From positions 10,602,001 to 10,666,000 of the forward strand of contig JBHGNT010000017.1 of NCBI GenBank assembly GCA_043228905.1: a stretch of DNA of 64,000 bases, read 5' to 3'. The notes below the pieces were generated by a model. The model was not told where the DNA came from. It saw only the letters and a program-made list of their open reading frames with translations, and did no database searches. A program made the translations under genes and the position numbers. This document shows, one piece after another, positions 49,766-60,890 of the stretch; position 1 is the first letter of the stretch, and each line of letters starts with the position of its first letter. This stretch comes from Azolla caroliniana. Taxonomy: Eukaryota > Plantae > Polypodiophyta.

Positions 49766-52700
49766 TGTTGGGATTACGGTCCCTTCGGATGGGATGGTCG
49801 GATATCAGAGATGAATGCCGACAAGCCCGGTTTCGGTTTCGGATCCGGATGACGAAGACCCCGGTTTCGGTACCGGATGACGAATGTACCCGGAGAGCGA
49901 TCCGGATGCAGGGACATATCCGTGAATATGTTCGCTATGGGCACCTGAGGCTACAGTTGTAAATAGCCCAAAGTCATATAAGTATAAATATGACTTAGGG
50001 CAAACGGTTTTATGGTCGCTTATCATTTTTCTGTTTTTCCACTCAAGAGGAGTGAAGAGAGAGCAGCCGTGAGAGAGAGAGCGTGAGAGAGGAAGAGGAC
50101 GACGCCTCTGTGTAATACCGCCGCCTGTGGCGAAGAAAGCGAGCTCAAGGTCGTTGCCTTGCAGCTCGCCATTGTATATTTCTCTGTGCATAGTTTGGTT
50201 TGGAGCCTCGCACTCCCGTGGTTTTTTCCCGTATAGGGTTTTCCACGTTAATCCCTGTGTATCGTGTCTTTCTCTGCATTTCCTATTTTCTGCTCCATTG
50301 ATTCGCGATTACTCGGTTGTGGCCGAGAGGTGAAGGTGAATAGAAGCGTCTATTCCCGACAAACTGGTATCAGAGCGACTGTTGCAGAAAATGGAAGGCG
50401 GCGGCAGCGGGCAGCCGATGATGATGGTGCTGAATGCACAGAATTACGCCGACTGGAAGATCAAGATGGAGGATCTTCTGATTGTTCGGGACCTGTACGA
50501 ACCGATTGACAGGTCGGAAATACCGAAAGGGGTACTTGAGTCGGAGTGGAAGCTCCTGAACCGGAAAGCCGTAGCGACGATCCGACAATATGTCGATGTA
50601 AGCGTCCTACAACATGTGGCGAACGACACCAACGCATACGAGATGTGGAAGAAGCTGTCGGGCCTCTATGAGAGGAAGAATGCGTTGAACCGGACCTCCC
50701 TGATGAGGAAGATAGTGAATCTCAAGTACCGGGACGGCGAGAGTATGGTGGAACACGTAAGCACGTTCATGGGATTCGTGAATCAGCTTGCGGCGATCAA
50801 GTTCCCGTTGGAGGATGCAATGCAAGCCATCATCCTGATGTGTACATTGCCGGAAAGCTGGGAGAACTTGGTGGTGACTCTCAGCACCTCGTGCACCGAA
50901 GATAACTTGTCCTTACAAACGGTAAAGACAAGTATTCTGAATGAAGAAGCGCGTCGGAGAGATAAGGAACCGGCCTCCGACTCGAAGGCGCTGCTTACCG
51001 AATCGGATCGGGGAAGACAATGGAACCGGAGTCCGCAAAGACGGGAGAAGTCGGGGACCCGGTCGCAGTCAAGAGGAAGACCCACATGCTTCCACTGTGG
51101 GAAGCCGGGGCACTTCCGAAAGAACTGTCGGCATTACCGAAAAGACAACGGAGCCGACGACACCGACTCGAAGAAGTCACCGGAGAGAAACGGTGCATAC
51201 CGGGGAGCCACGGACCGGAGAGGTTCGGATCGGCGAGGGCAGGACCGGAAAGGAACAACGGCACTCGCGGCAAGTGAGGAAGAAATCATGCTCATCACCG
51301 AAGAAGGTGAGCTAAACGTTGCCGGCGATGAGACAACCTGGGTGGTCGATTCCGGAGCATCGTTCCACCTGACCCCGGAGAGAAGATACTTCTCATCCTA
51401 CAGAGCCGGTGAGCATGGCTGTGTTCGGATGGGAAATGAAGGTACGTGCCGGATTGCCGGCATAGGAGACGTGTGGTTGACAACCCCGACCGGATGCAAA
51501 ATGCTGCTGAAGGATGTCCGACACGTTCCGGAGGTTCGATTGAACCTGATTTCGGCCGGGAGGCTAGACGATGAAGGCTACACAGGTAGCATCCGGAACG
51601 GCGTAATGAAGTTCAGCAAGGGGAGCCTGATAGTGGCTCGGGCCCGGAAAGTCAACACACTGTACCTGATGAATGCCCGGTTATGTCCGGAAGAGCTGAA
51701 TGTGGCAGCCGACACTGCCGGTGAGCTGTGGCACAAGAGACTGTGCCACATGAGTGAGAAGGGGATGAAGAGGCTTGCAGAAGACAACCTTATTCCAGTG
51801 AAGCATGTGCACCTGGAGAAGTGCACCGATTGCCTGGCCGGTAAGCAGAACCGAACCTCCTTCCACTCAAGGCCACCGACGAGACGTAGCGCACCATTGG
51901 AGTTGGTGCACACCGACGTGTGTCAGGTAGAAACGAAGTCACATGGCGGAGCCCAGTACTTCGTAACTTTCATAGATGATCACAGCCGAAGACTGTGGAC
52001 GGCACCGTTGAAGACAAAGGACCAAGTGTTGTGCGTCTTCAAAGAACTCCACGCGAGAGTGGAAAGGGAATCCGGCAAGAAGCTGAAAGCGATACGAGCG
52101 GATAACGGAGGGGAATACCGGGGGCAGTTCCAGGAGTACTGTCGCTCGAAGGGAATCCGACTCGAGTTTACTGTGCCGAAGACGCCGGAACTGAACGGGC
52201 TGGCCGAGAGGATGAACCGGACCATAATGGAGAGGGTCCGGAGTATGCTGGCGCATGCGAAATTACCCAAGGGGTTTTGGGCTGAGGCAATGTCGACGGC
52301 GACATACGTGATAAACAGATCACCCTCAGTACCTTTGGACGGAGACACGCCGCAGAGAGTGTGGACCGGTAGGGAAGTATCCTACCGGCATCTGAAGGTG
52401 TTCGGGTGTCTCGCATACGTGCATGTGGCAAAGGACCGGAGAGGAAAGCTAGATCCAAAGACCCGGCCATGCATATTCCTCGGTTACGGCGATGACGAGT
52501 TCGGCTACCGAGTATGGAACCCGGTCGACAAGAAGATATTCAGGAGTCGAGATATCATCTTCATGGAGGACAAGACACTCGCCGACTGGGAGTCGGAGAA
52601 GAAGATGAAGAGCTCCAAGTCGACCGGTGAGGATCAACTCTACGAGGAGCAGTCCCGACCGGCAAGGGACCGGTTAGCACTCGAGGATCCGGCCGAAGAC

Positions 52701-55070
52701 GGTGAAGTAACAGAACCGGCCGAAGAAGATGAAAACGATACCGGAACCGGCCCCGATCCCGAAATGGATTCGGATGAAGAAGAATCGGAAGAACCGGTTA
52801 CCGAAGCTCCGGAACGGAGATATCCTCTAAGAGAGAGAAGGGCCCCCCGGAGATTTCCGGAACCAGAGCACGTGCTGCTAACCGACGAGGGGGAGCCGGA
52901 GAGCTTTGAAGAAGCAAAGCATGACACCCAGAGCCGCAGGTGGTTGAGTGCCATGCAGGACGAGATGGATTCCCTGCATGAGAACCACACATATGAACTT
53001 GTGGAGTTACCGAAAGGAAAGCGGGCGCTTCGAAACAAGTGGGTGTTCAAGCTGAAACCGGGAGATGCCGGAAAACCCCCGAGATACAAAGCCAGGATCG
53101 TGGTGAAGGGGTTTCAGCAAAAGAAGGGCGTCGACTTCGACGAGATATTTGCCCCGGTAGTGAAGATGACCTCCATCCGGACGGTGCTGAGCATAGCGGC
53201 AAGCACGGACCTCGAGGTAGAACAGATGGACGTGAAGACGGCATTCCTTCACGGTGACCTCGATGAAGAGATCTACATGCAGCAACCGGAAGGATTCGAG
53301 AAGAAAGGGAAGGAGCACCTGGTATGCCGGTTGAAGAAGAGTCTTTACGGACTGAAGCAGGCTCCCCGGCAATGGTACCGGAAGTTCGACTCCTTCATGA
53401 CCGACGAAGGGTACCTCAAAACGCAGTCCGACCACTGCGTGTTTGTGAAGAAGTTTGAAGGAGGAGACTCTCTAATACTCCTCCTGTACGTGGATGACAT
53501 GTTGATCGTCGGACGGGACCAGGTCAAGATACGGATGCTGAAGAAGGCCCTTCACCGAACCTTCTCAATGAAGGACCTGGGTCCGGCGAGGCAAATACTA
53601 GGGATGCACATCATCCGGGACCGGAAGAAGAAGCAGTTGTGGCTGTCACAGGAGAAATACGTGACGAAGGTGCTTCACCGGTTCAACATGTCGGAAGCAA
53701 GACCGGTCGGATCGACCCTCCCGGCAAACTGCAAGCTATCCAGCAAGCAAAGCCCCAAGACAAAGGCTGAAAAGGAGGATATGATGAAAGTGCCGTATGC
53801 CTCAGCCGTCGGGAGCTTGATGTACGCCATGGTGTGTACGAGACCGGACATCGGATATGCAGTCGGAGTGGTGAGCCGGTACATGAGCAATCCCGGCAAA
53901 GAGCATTGGAACGCGGTCAAGTGGATACTCCGATACCTGAAGGGCACAACGAATGTGTGCCTCCGATTCGGCTCCGGTAAACCCGAACTCGACGGTTTCA
54001 CCGATTCGGATATGTCGGCTGATGCAGATACCAGCCGGTCCACATCAGGGTATGTGATGACGTATGCAGGGGGAGCTGTTTCGTGGCAGTCGAGGCTGCA
54101 GAAGACGGTTGCGTTGTCAACCACGGAGGCGGAGTACATGGCAGCTGTTGAAGCCGGCAAGGAAGTAATATGGATGAAGGACTTCATTAGAGAGCTCGGT
54201 ATCCGGCAGGAGGAGTACCGACTCTACTGCGACAGTCAAAGTGCAATCCACCTTGCGAAGAACGCGGCCTATCACCCCCGGACGAAGCACATCCATCGAA
54301 GATATCACTGGATCCGGGAAAGGATAGAAGACAAGGAGTTCGTGCTGACAAAGATCCACACGGACGAGAACGGGTCGGATATGCTGACCAAGGTGCTCAC
54401 ACCCGACAAGCTGGAAGCATGCCGGAAGAGGATCGGATTGGAGAGACATCCCATGCCGAAGTGAAGGGGGAGTTTGTTGGGATTACGGTCCCTTCGGATG
54501 GGATGGTCGGATATCAGAGATGAATGCCGACAAGCCCGGTTTCGGTTTCGGATCCGGATGACGAAGACCCCGGTTTCGGTACCGGATGACGAATGTACCC
54601 GGAGAGCGATCCGGATGCAGGGACATATCCGTGAATATGTTCGCTATGGGCACCTGAGGCTACAGTTGTAAATAGCCCAAAGTCATATAAGTATAAATAT
54701 GACTTAGGGCAAACGGTTTTATGGTCGCTTATCATTTTTCTGTTTTTCCACTCAAGAGGAGTGAAGAGAGAGCAGCCGTGAGAGAGAGAGCGTGAGAGAG
54801 GAAGAGGACGACGCCTCTGTGTAATACCGCCGCCTGTGGCGAAGAAAGCGAGCTCAAGGTCGTTGCCTTGCAGCTCGCCATTGTATATTTCTCTGTGCAT
54901 AGTTTGGTTTGGAGCCTCGCACTCCCGTGGTTTTTTCCCGTATAGGGTTTTCCACGTTAATCCCTGTGTATCGTGTCTTTCTCTGCATTTCCTATTTTCT
55001 GCTCCATTGATTCGCGATTACTCGGTTGTGGCCGAGAGGTGAAGGTGAATAGAAGCGTCTATTCCCGACA
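49766..55070 (+). mobile_element. Intact Ty1/Copia (Tork/Tnt1-like) retrotransposon
   Basis: Two 596-bp LTRs (49766-50361, 54475-55070) with no difference seen; TSD TGTTT. PBS TGGTATCAGAGC 50365-50376, PPT GAAGGGGGAG. Single long ORF. Confidence 0.97.
50391..54464 (+). CDS. Copia Gag-Pol polyprotein (1357 aa from the first ATG)
   Basis: CFHCGKPGHFRKNC knuckle, VDSGASFH protease, WHKRLCH/CTDC and D..D(35)E integrase, LYVDDM RT, DSD..EAEY..DS RNase H. No stops. Confidence 0.96.
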   Translation: MEGGGSGQPMMMVLNAQNYADWKIKMEDLLIVRDLYEPIDRSEIPKGVLESEWKLLNRKAVATIRQYVDVSVLQHVANDTNAYEMWKKLSGLYERKNALNRTSLMRKIVNLKYRDGESMVEHVSTFMGFVNQLAAIKFPLEDAMQAIILMCTLPESWENLVVTLSTSCTEDNLSLQTVKTSILNEEARRRDKEPASDSKALLTESDRGRQWNRSPQRREKSGTRSQSRGRPTCFHCGKPGHFRKNCRHYRKDNGADDTDSKKSPERNGAYRGATDRRGSDRRGQDRKGTTALAASEEEIMLITEEGELNVAGDETTWVVDSGASFHLTPERRYFSSYRAGEHGCVRMGNEGTCRIAGIGDVWLTTPTGCKMLLKDVRHVPEVRLNLISAGRLDDEGYTGSIRNGVMKFSKGSLIVARARKVNTLYLMNARLCPEELNVAADTAGELWHKRLCHMSEKGMKRLAEDNLIPVKHVHLEKCTDCLAGKQNRTSFHSRPPTRRSAPLELVHTDVCQVETKSHGGAQYFVTFIDDHSRRLWTAPLKTKDQVLCVFKELHARVERESGKKLKAIRADNGGEYRGQFQEYCRSKGIRLEFTVPKTPELNGLAERMNRTIMERVRSMLAHAKLPKGFWAEAMSTATYVINRSPSVPLDGDTPQRVWTGREVSYRHLKVFGCLAYVHVAKDRRGKLDPKTRPCIFLGYGDDEFGYRVWNPVDKKIFRSRDIIFMEDKTLADWESEKKMKSSKSTGEDQLYEEQSRPARDRLALEDPAEDGEVTEPAEEDENDTGTGPDPEMDSDEEESEEPVTEAPERRYPLRERRAPRRFPEPEHVLLTDEGEPESFEEAKHDTQSRRWLSAMQDEMDSLHENHTYELVELPKGKRALRNKWVFKLKPGDAGKPPRYKARIVVKGFQQKKGVDFDEIFAPVVKMTSIRTVLSIAASTDLEVEQMDVKTAFLHGDLDEEIYMQQPEGFEKKGKEHLVCRLKKSLYGLKQAPRQWYRKFDSFMTDEGYLKTQSDHCVFVKKFEGGDSLILLLYVDDMLIVGRDQVKIRMLKKALHRTFSMKDLGPARQILGMHIIRDRKKKQLWLSQEKYVTKVLHRFNMSEARPVGSTLPANCKLSSKQSPKTKAEKEDMMKVPYASAVGSLMYAMVCTRPDIGYAVGVVSRYMSNPGKEHWNAVKWILRYLKGTTNVCLRFGSGKPELDGFTDSDMSADADTSRSTSGYVMTYAGGAVSWQSRLQKTVALSTTEAEYMAAVEAGKEVIWMKDFIRELGIRQEEYRLYCDSQSAIHLAKNAAYHPRTKHIHRRYHWIRERIEDKEFVLTKIHTDENGSDMLTKVLTPDKLEACRKRIGLERHPMPK

Positions 55071-55703
55071 TGTTTGACCTTTCTTTTTGAAGAATACGCA
55101 AAAAGGATGTTGTCGCTTACAATCACAATCCATAAATTCGTTGGGTGTTTATGCAAAGCCTAGCGAATTGTAACTGCTTAGTCTTGGGAGCTTCGTTGGG
55201 TTTGTTATGGTCCTTCTTGGAAGTACATTGATAGCGAAGAACTATTTCAATGGCCTCTTCGAAGGATTTGGGATCCATATCGTATACTATTCAGTGATAG
55301 TCCGAATTGGGGATGCCATTGATAAAACAAGATATCAACCAATTGTCCCCTTCTAGACCCGATTTTTGGATTTGGGTTCTAGCATGGTGAACATAGTCTT
55401 CGAGCGAGGAAACCTTCCTGCTAGAGAGGTTGATTAAAGATTGTGCTGCCTCGGTTCGAAATGGAGGTTGTAGAAATTGGCCCTTGAAAACTGTGACAAA
55501 TTCTGTCCAGGTATCGGGCATATTCCCCAAAGTGCGAAGCCCACACCACTAGGCGGCGGCCTTACCCCCTAGTTCTTGGGCGACATATGGAATCCTCATA
55601 CTATCTAGGTTGGGATAGAGCTCAAAATGAGACTCTCATCGGCCCAACCACGTGTAGATTGCTTCTTCGGTTCTTTCATTTTTTTCTCCCGTAAATGTCT
55701 TTA

Positions 55704-55753
55704 TGTAAAAACGAAGGTGCGGAAGCGTTAGACAACCGGCTTAGCCAAATAGC

Positions 55754-55796
<43 letters not shown>

Positions 55797-57277
55797 ACAC
55801 ATAGAAGGTATGCAGGAGAGAAAGAGAAAGAGGAGAACAACTTAAATCTATTATCAACAACTCTGTAAAATTCTCTATACATACAACGTGCTCAACAACA
55901 CTATTATTTATACAAGTCCTAAGAGGACTGATAGAAGTAAAGTGTACTTCAATGCTCACACGAGCGTCTGACACTAACTACGAGACATTAACTACCTAGT
56001 AGTCTAGACTGCTATTAGGCTTCCGGTTATTGCTTGATCCGGTTAACCGGCTCCCCAGCTCACCGGCTCACCGATCCGGCTCAGGCTTATTCAGCCGATC
56101 CGGATCCGGTTGAGCTTGCCGCTCAACACTCCCCCTCAAGCTCAACTTGAGGTCGGATCGTAGTGTCAGTCTCCATGGCAGCCGGTCCTTCCACCTAGCT
56201 CCTTCTGGCATCACTCCGCCTCGCTCGCGCTCCTCGTCCGGTCCGTTCTCGTTTGCCGTAACCCTTCTGATTCTGCGCACCTCGACCTCCTCGGTTGCCT
56301 TGTCTACTCAATAGGCCCAATTCAGCTCCCTCGCTGTTGTGACTTTGGCGCTTGCTGATTCGCCGATTCCTTCGTGTTGGCATCGACTTTCGCTGCCTTC
56401 TCGTCCTCTTGGCCTTGAACTGAGCCGGTTCTCCCGAATCCGTCTATTGAACCAAATCGGCTGTCTCCGATTCGTTCCAGTGCTTCCGATTCGCCTTCCG
56501 GTTCCAGGACATTCACCACATCGGACCATGTCTAGGTCTTGGCCTTCTTCTTTCGGTCGGCTCTGTCCTTCTTGACTCTACCGCTGCTACGCTTGTGCTG
56601 ACTTGTTCGGATGTGTCAACTTCCTTTGTCGACTCGGCTCCTTTCTTCTTCTTGTCTCTCCCTTTGTCGGTTCTTACCTCACTGGCGCAATCGGCAGTTT
56701 CTTTGCCTTTGCCCGTTCCGGTGTCTTTGCTCGTTATCCCCCTCAAGTGTGGCACGTCGAGATGCTGAACACCAAGCATTTCGGTGACGTGTTGCAACTT
56801 GTCCGACTTGCCGATCCGTATGAACATACCGAAGTTCGACTTCACCACTCAAGACACGCTCACGCATGAAGTGGTAGTGCACTTCTATGTGCTTTGTGCG
56901 AGCATGGAATACGGGGTTCTTGGTGAGCTACATGTTGCTTATGTTGTCACAGTAGATCAGGATCGGGGTCGGCACCTCGATCCGCAGGTCTTGCAACAAT
57001 CACCGAAGCCAAATGGCTTCATAGATGGCAATGATAGCGACCCGATATTCACCCTCAATGCTTGAAAGGGCCACTATTGGTTGCTTTTTGCTGCTCCACG
57101 CAACAACTGCGCTACCAAGGGAAAACATATAGCTGGAGGTGGATCGGCGATCCGATGCATCGCCGGCCCAGTTGGCATTGGTGTAGCCCACAAGCTCTTC
57201 GGTTATACCATGCCGGTCAGTCCCCGGTCCTTCGTGCTGCTCAAATATCGCAAAATTCGATGCGCCCATAGAAGGTG
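55704..57277 (-). mobile_element. Copia 3' part (RNase H, 3' spacer, 3' LTR), related to the 1-9637 element
   Basis: LTR 55704-56128; PPT 56129-56138; WAGDASDRRSTS...WSSKKQ and HYHFMRERV fragments. Confidence 0.85.
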
Positions 57278-60200
57278 TGACGAGAAATACGCGGATTAAT
57301 CTCCGACCACAACCGAAGCATAGATCACTTGATGACAATCAAAACGCAGACGAAATGGGAATGGAGGTAAGTACACAAAACATAAAGAGAATACATAGGA
57401 TATTAATGTGGAAAACCCTGAGAGGGAGAAACCACGGGAGTCCACAGACTCCAAACTATCACTTTGTAAGAAGAATACAACAGGGAGCCTCTTGCTCACA
57501 ATCTTCGCCTGACGGCGGTTACAACAGAGACACAATCTCTGTATATCGCTCTCTGTCTCTCTTACGCATTGTACAGAAGTTCCACCAATAACTCTATCAT
57601 TGTTATTTTCTATTAAGTTTGCCCTAGGTCATATTTATACTAACATGACTTTCGGGCTATTTACAAATATAGCCCCAGTGGGCTCTCTGGAACATATTTA
57701 CATATATGTCCCTTCCATCCGATGAGAGGTTCTCACCGGGCTTGCAAAATCCGGTTCTCACCGGGTCTTCCGTTGCTGGGTACTCCACATCCGGTTCTTC
57801 TCACTTCCCATCCGGAGGGACCTGTTTCCTAACAAACTCTCCCTTCACTCTGGCATGGGAAGTCTTACTAGTCTGATCCGCTTCGGACATGCATCCAGCT
57901 TGTCGGGTATCAGTACTTTGGTCAGCATATCTGACCTGTTCTCGGCCGTGTGGATCTTTGTCAGCACGAACTCTCGATCCTCTACTCGCTCCCGGATCCA
58001 ATGATACCTACGCTGGATGTGCTTCGTCCTGGAATGGTACGCTACGTTCTTAGCAAGGTGGATGGCACTTTGACTGTCACAATAGAGCCGGTATTCATCT
58101 TGCCGGATACCGAGCTCTCCGATGAAGTCCTTCATCCATAATATTTCCTTGCTGGCTTCAACAACCGCCATGTACTCCGCCTCCGTGGTTGACAACGCAA
58201 CCGTCTTCTGCAGCCGCGATTGCCACGAAACAGCTCCCCCTGCATATGTCATTACATACCCGGATGTGGACCGGCTGGTATCCACATCAGCCGACATATC
58301 GGAATCGGTAAAACCGTCAAGTTGAGGTTTATCGGAGCCGAATCAGAGACACATATTCGAAGTGCCCTTCAAGTACCGGAGTATCCATTTGACCGCGTTC
58401 CAGTGCTCCTTGCCGGGATTGCTCATAAACCGGCTCACCACTCCGACTGCGTATCCAATATCCGGCCGAGTACACACCATTGCGTACATCAAGCTCCCGA
58501 CGGCAGAGGCATATGGAAACTTCACCATATCCGCCTTCTCTGCTTTCTTCTTCGGGCTTTGCTTACCGGATAGTTTGCAGTTTGCCGGGAGTGTCGATCC
58601 GACAGGTTTTGCTTCTAATATGTTGAACCGCTGAAGCACCTTTGTCACGTATTTCTCCTGTGACAACCACAATTACTTCTTTGACCGGTCCCGGATGATG
58701 TGCATCCCCAGTATCTGTCTTGTTGGGCCCAAGTCTTTCATTGAGAAAGTTCGGTTGAGAGTCTTCTTCAGCATTCGTATTTTGGCTTGTTCCCGTTCGA
58801 CGATCAACATGTCATCCACATATATGTTAGCAAACAGGTCCTTCCGGATGGGAAGTGAGAAGAACAGTCAGCCTCGGCCAAATTCGGATGTGGAGTACCC
58901 GACAACAGAAGACCCGGTGAGAACCGGATGACGAGTACCCGGCAAGGAAGGCCCGGTGAGAACCGGATGACGAGTGCTCGGCAAGAGCCGGATGATGGAG
59001 GTCTGGTGAGGAGTGCTCACCAGATGAAGGGACATATTCGTAAATATGTTTCTAAGAGTCCATTGGGGCTATATTTGTAAATAGCCGAAAAGTCATATTA
59101 GTGCAACCGTGTACAGAGAGACAGAGAGAGAGACAGAGAGAGTGAGAGACGAAGAGGACGTTGTCTCTGTTGTAACTGCCACCTGTGGCGAAGACAATGA
59201 GCAAGAGGTCGTTGCCTCTGTGTTCATCTATTGTACATTGTAACATAGTGATAGTTTGCAGTTTGTGGACTGCCGTGGTTTTTTTTGTGTTTGGGTTTTC
59301 CACGTAAACATCTTGTGTACTCTTCTCTTTACTGTGTTGTGCATACATTATCCGTTTTTTTTCTGTGTTTGATCCTAGACTCGGTTGTGGCCGAGCGTTG
59401 TTTTAGGAGCACATAGTTCTTACAATACAGGAGTATCAGGAAGTCTCCACCTTAGCACTTCTTCACAAATACGCAATGATCGGCCTGCGTCTTGTGGTAC
59501 CCTTGATCGGTCATGAAGGAGTTGAACTTCCGGTGCCATTGACGGGGAGCCTGCTTCAACATGTAGAGGCTCCTTTTTAACCAGCAAACCAGGTGCTCCT
59601 TCCCTTTCTTCACAAATCCCTCTGGTTGCTGCATGTAGATCTCCTCTTCGAGGTCGCCGTGGAGGAACACCATCTTCACGTCTAACTACTCTACCTCAAG
59701 GTCCATGCTTGTAGCTATGCTCAACACCGTCCGGATGGAAGTCATCTTTACTACTGGGGCAAATATCTCGTCGAAGTTCACGCCCTTCTTCTGCTGGAAC
59801 CCCTTCACCACGATCCTGTCTTTGTACCTTGGAGGGTTGCCGGTATCTCCCGGTTTCAACTTGTACACCCACTTGTTTCGGAGTGCCCTCTTTCCTTTCG
59901 GCAACTCCACGAATTCATACATGTGGTTCTCATGTAGGGAATCCATCTCGTCCTGCATGGCACTCAACCACTTTCAGCTATTGGTGTCATCCTTCGCTTC
60001 TTCGAAGCTTTCCGGCTCCCCCTCATCAGTCAGCAGCACATGCTCTGCATCTAGAAATCTCTGGGGAGCCCTTCTCTCTCTGAGAGGATATCTCCGTCTT
60101 TGGCTTTCGGCAACCGGCTCCTCTATTTGTTCTTCATCCGAATCCGATTCGGGGTGTTGGCTGGTTCCGGTTTCAGCTTCCTCTACTTCTTCTTCTGCCG

Positions 60201-60890
60201 GTTCAGTATCCACACCGTAATCGGCTAGTTCCTCGAGTGTCAACCGGCTCTTAGTTGGGTGGGTCCGAATCTCATCGGAGTTCGTTATCTTCTTCTCCGA
60301 CTCCTAGTCGGCAAGAGTCTTGTCCTCCATGAAGATAATATCTCGGCTCCCGAAAACCTTCTTGTCAACCGGATCCCACACTCGGTAGCCGAACTCATCA
60401 TCGTCGTATCTGAGGAATATGCATGGCCGGGTCTTTGGATCCAACTTTCCTCTCCGGTCCTTAGCAACATGCATGTACGCGAGACACCCGAACACCTTCA
60501 AATGCCGGTAGGACACTTCCTTACCGGTCCACACCTTTTGTGGCATGTCTCCATCCAAGGGCACTGAGGGTGATCTATTTATCACATATGTCGCTGTCGA
60601 CAGTGCCTCAGCCCAAAACGACTTGGGTAGTTTAGCATGTGCTAGGATACTTCAGACTCTCTCCATTATGGTCTGGTTCATCCTCTCGGCTAGCCCGTTT
60701 AGTTCTGGCGTCTTCGGCACGGTAAATTCGAGCCGGATTCCCTTCGAGCGGTAGTACTCCTCGAACTGCCCCCAGTATTCTCCTTCGTTATCTGCTCCAA
60801 CTGCCTTCAGCTTCCGTCCGGTTTCTCTTTCCACTTTTGCGTGGAGCTCCTTGAAGACGGATAAAACCTGATCCTTCGTCTTCAACGGTG
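57278..60890 (-). mobile_element. Degenerate Tork-like Copia, 3' part
   Basis: LTR 57278-57834, PPT, then RH/RT/INT fragments closely similar to ORF 50391-54464. Confidence 0.9.
58825..59424 (+). mobile_element. Copia solo LTR inserted at the RT YVDD motif
   Basis: TGTTAG...TTACA termini; TSD ATATA/ATACA. Flanks rejoin to LLYVDDM on the minus strand. Confidence 0.88.

Larger units (their letters stand above)
48008..55703 (-). mobile_element. Chromovirus copy (same family as 9638-17432) with RT-RH-INT deletion
   Basis: 3' LTR 48008-48464; chromodomain ORF 48517-48837; protease 49184-49555; gag 55076-55703, split by the intact Copia. Confidence 0.9.

Noticed and set aside
50444-54449. Numerous antisense ORFs
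   Set aside because: Shadows of the GC-rich Copia polyprotein.
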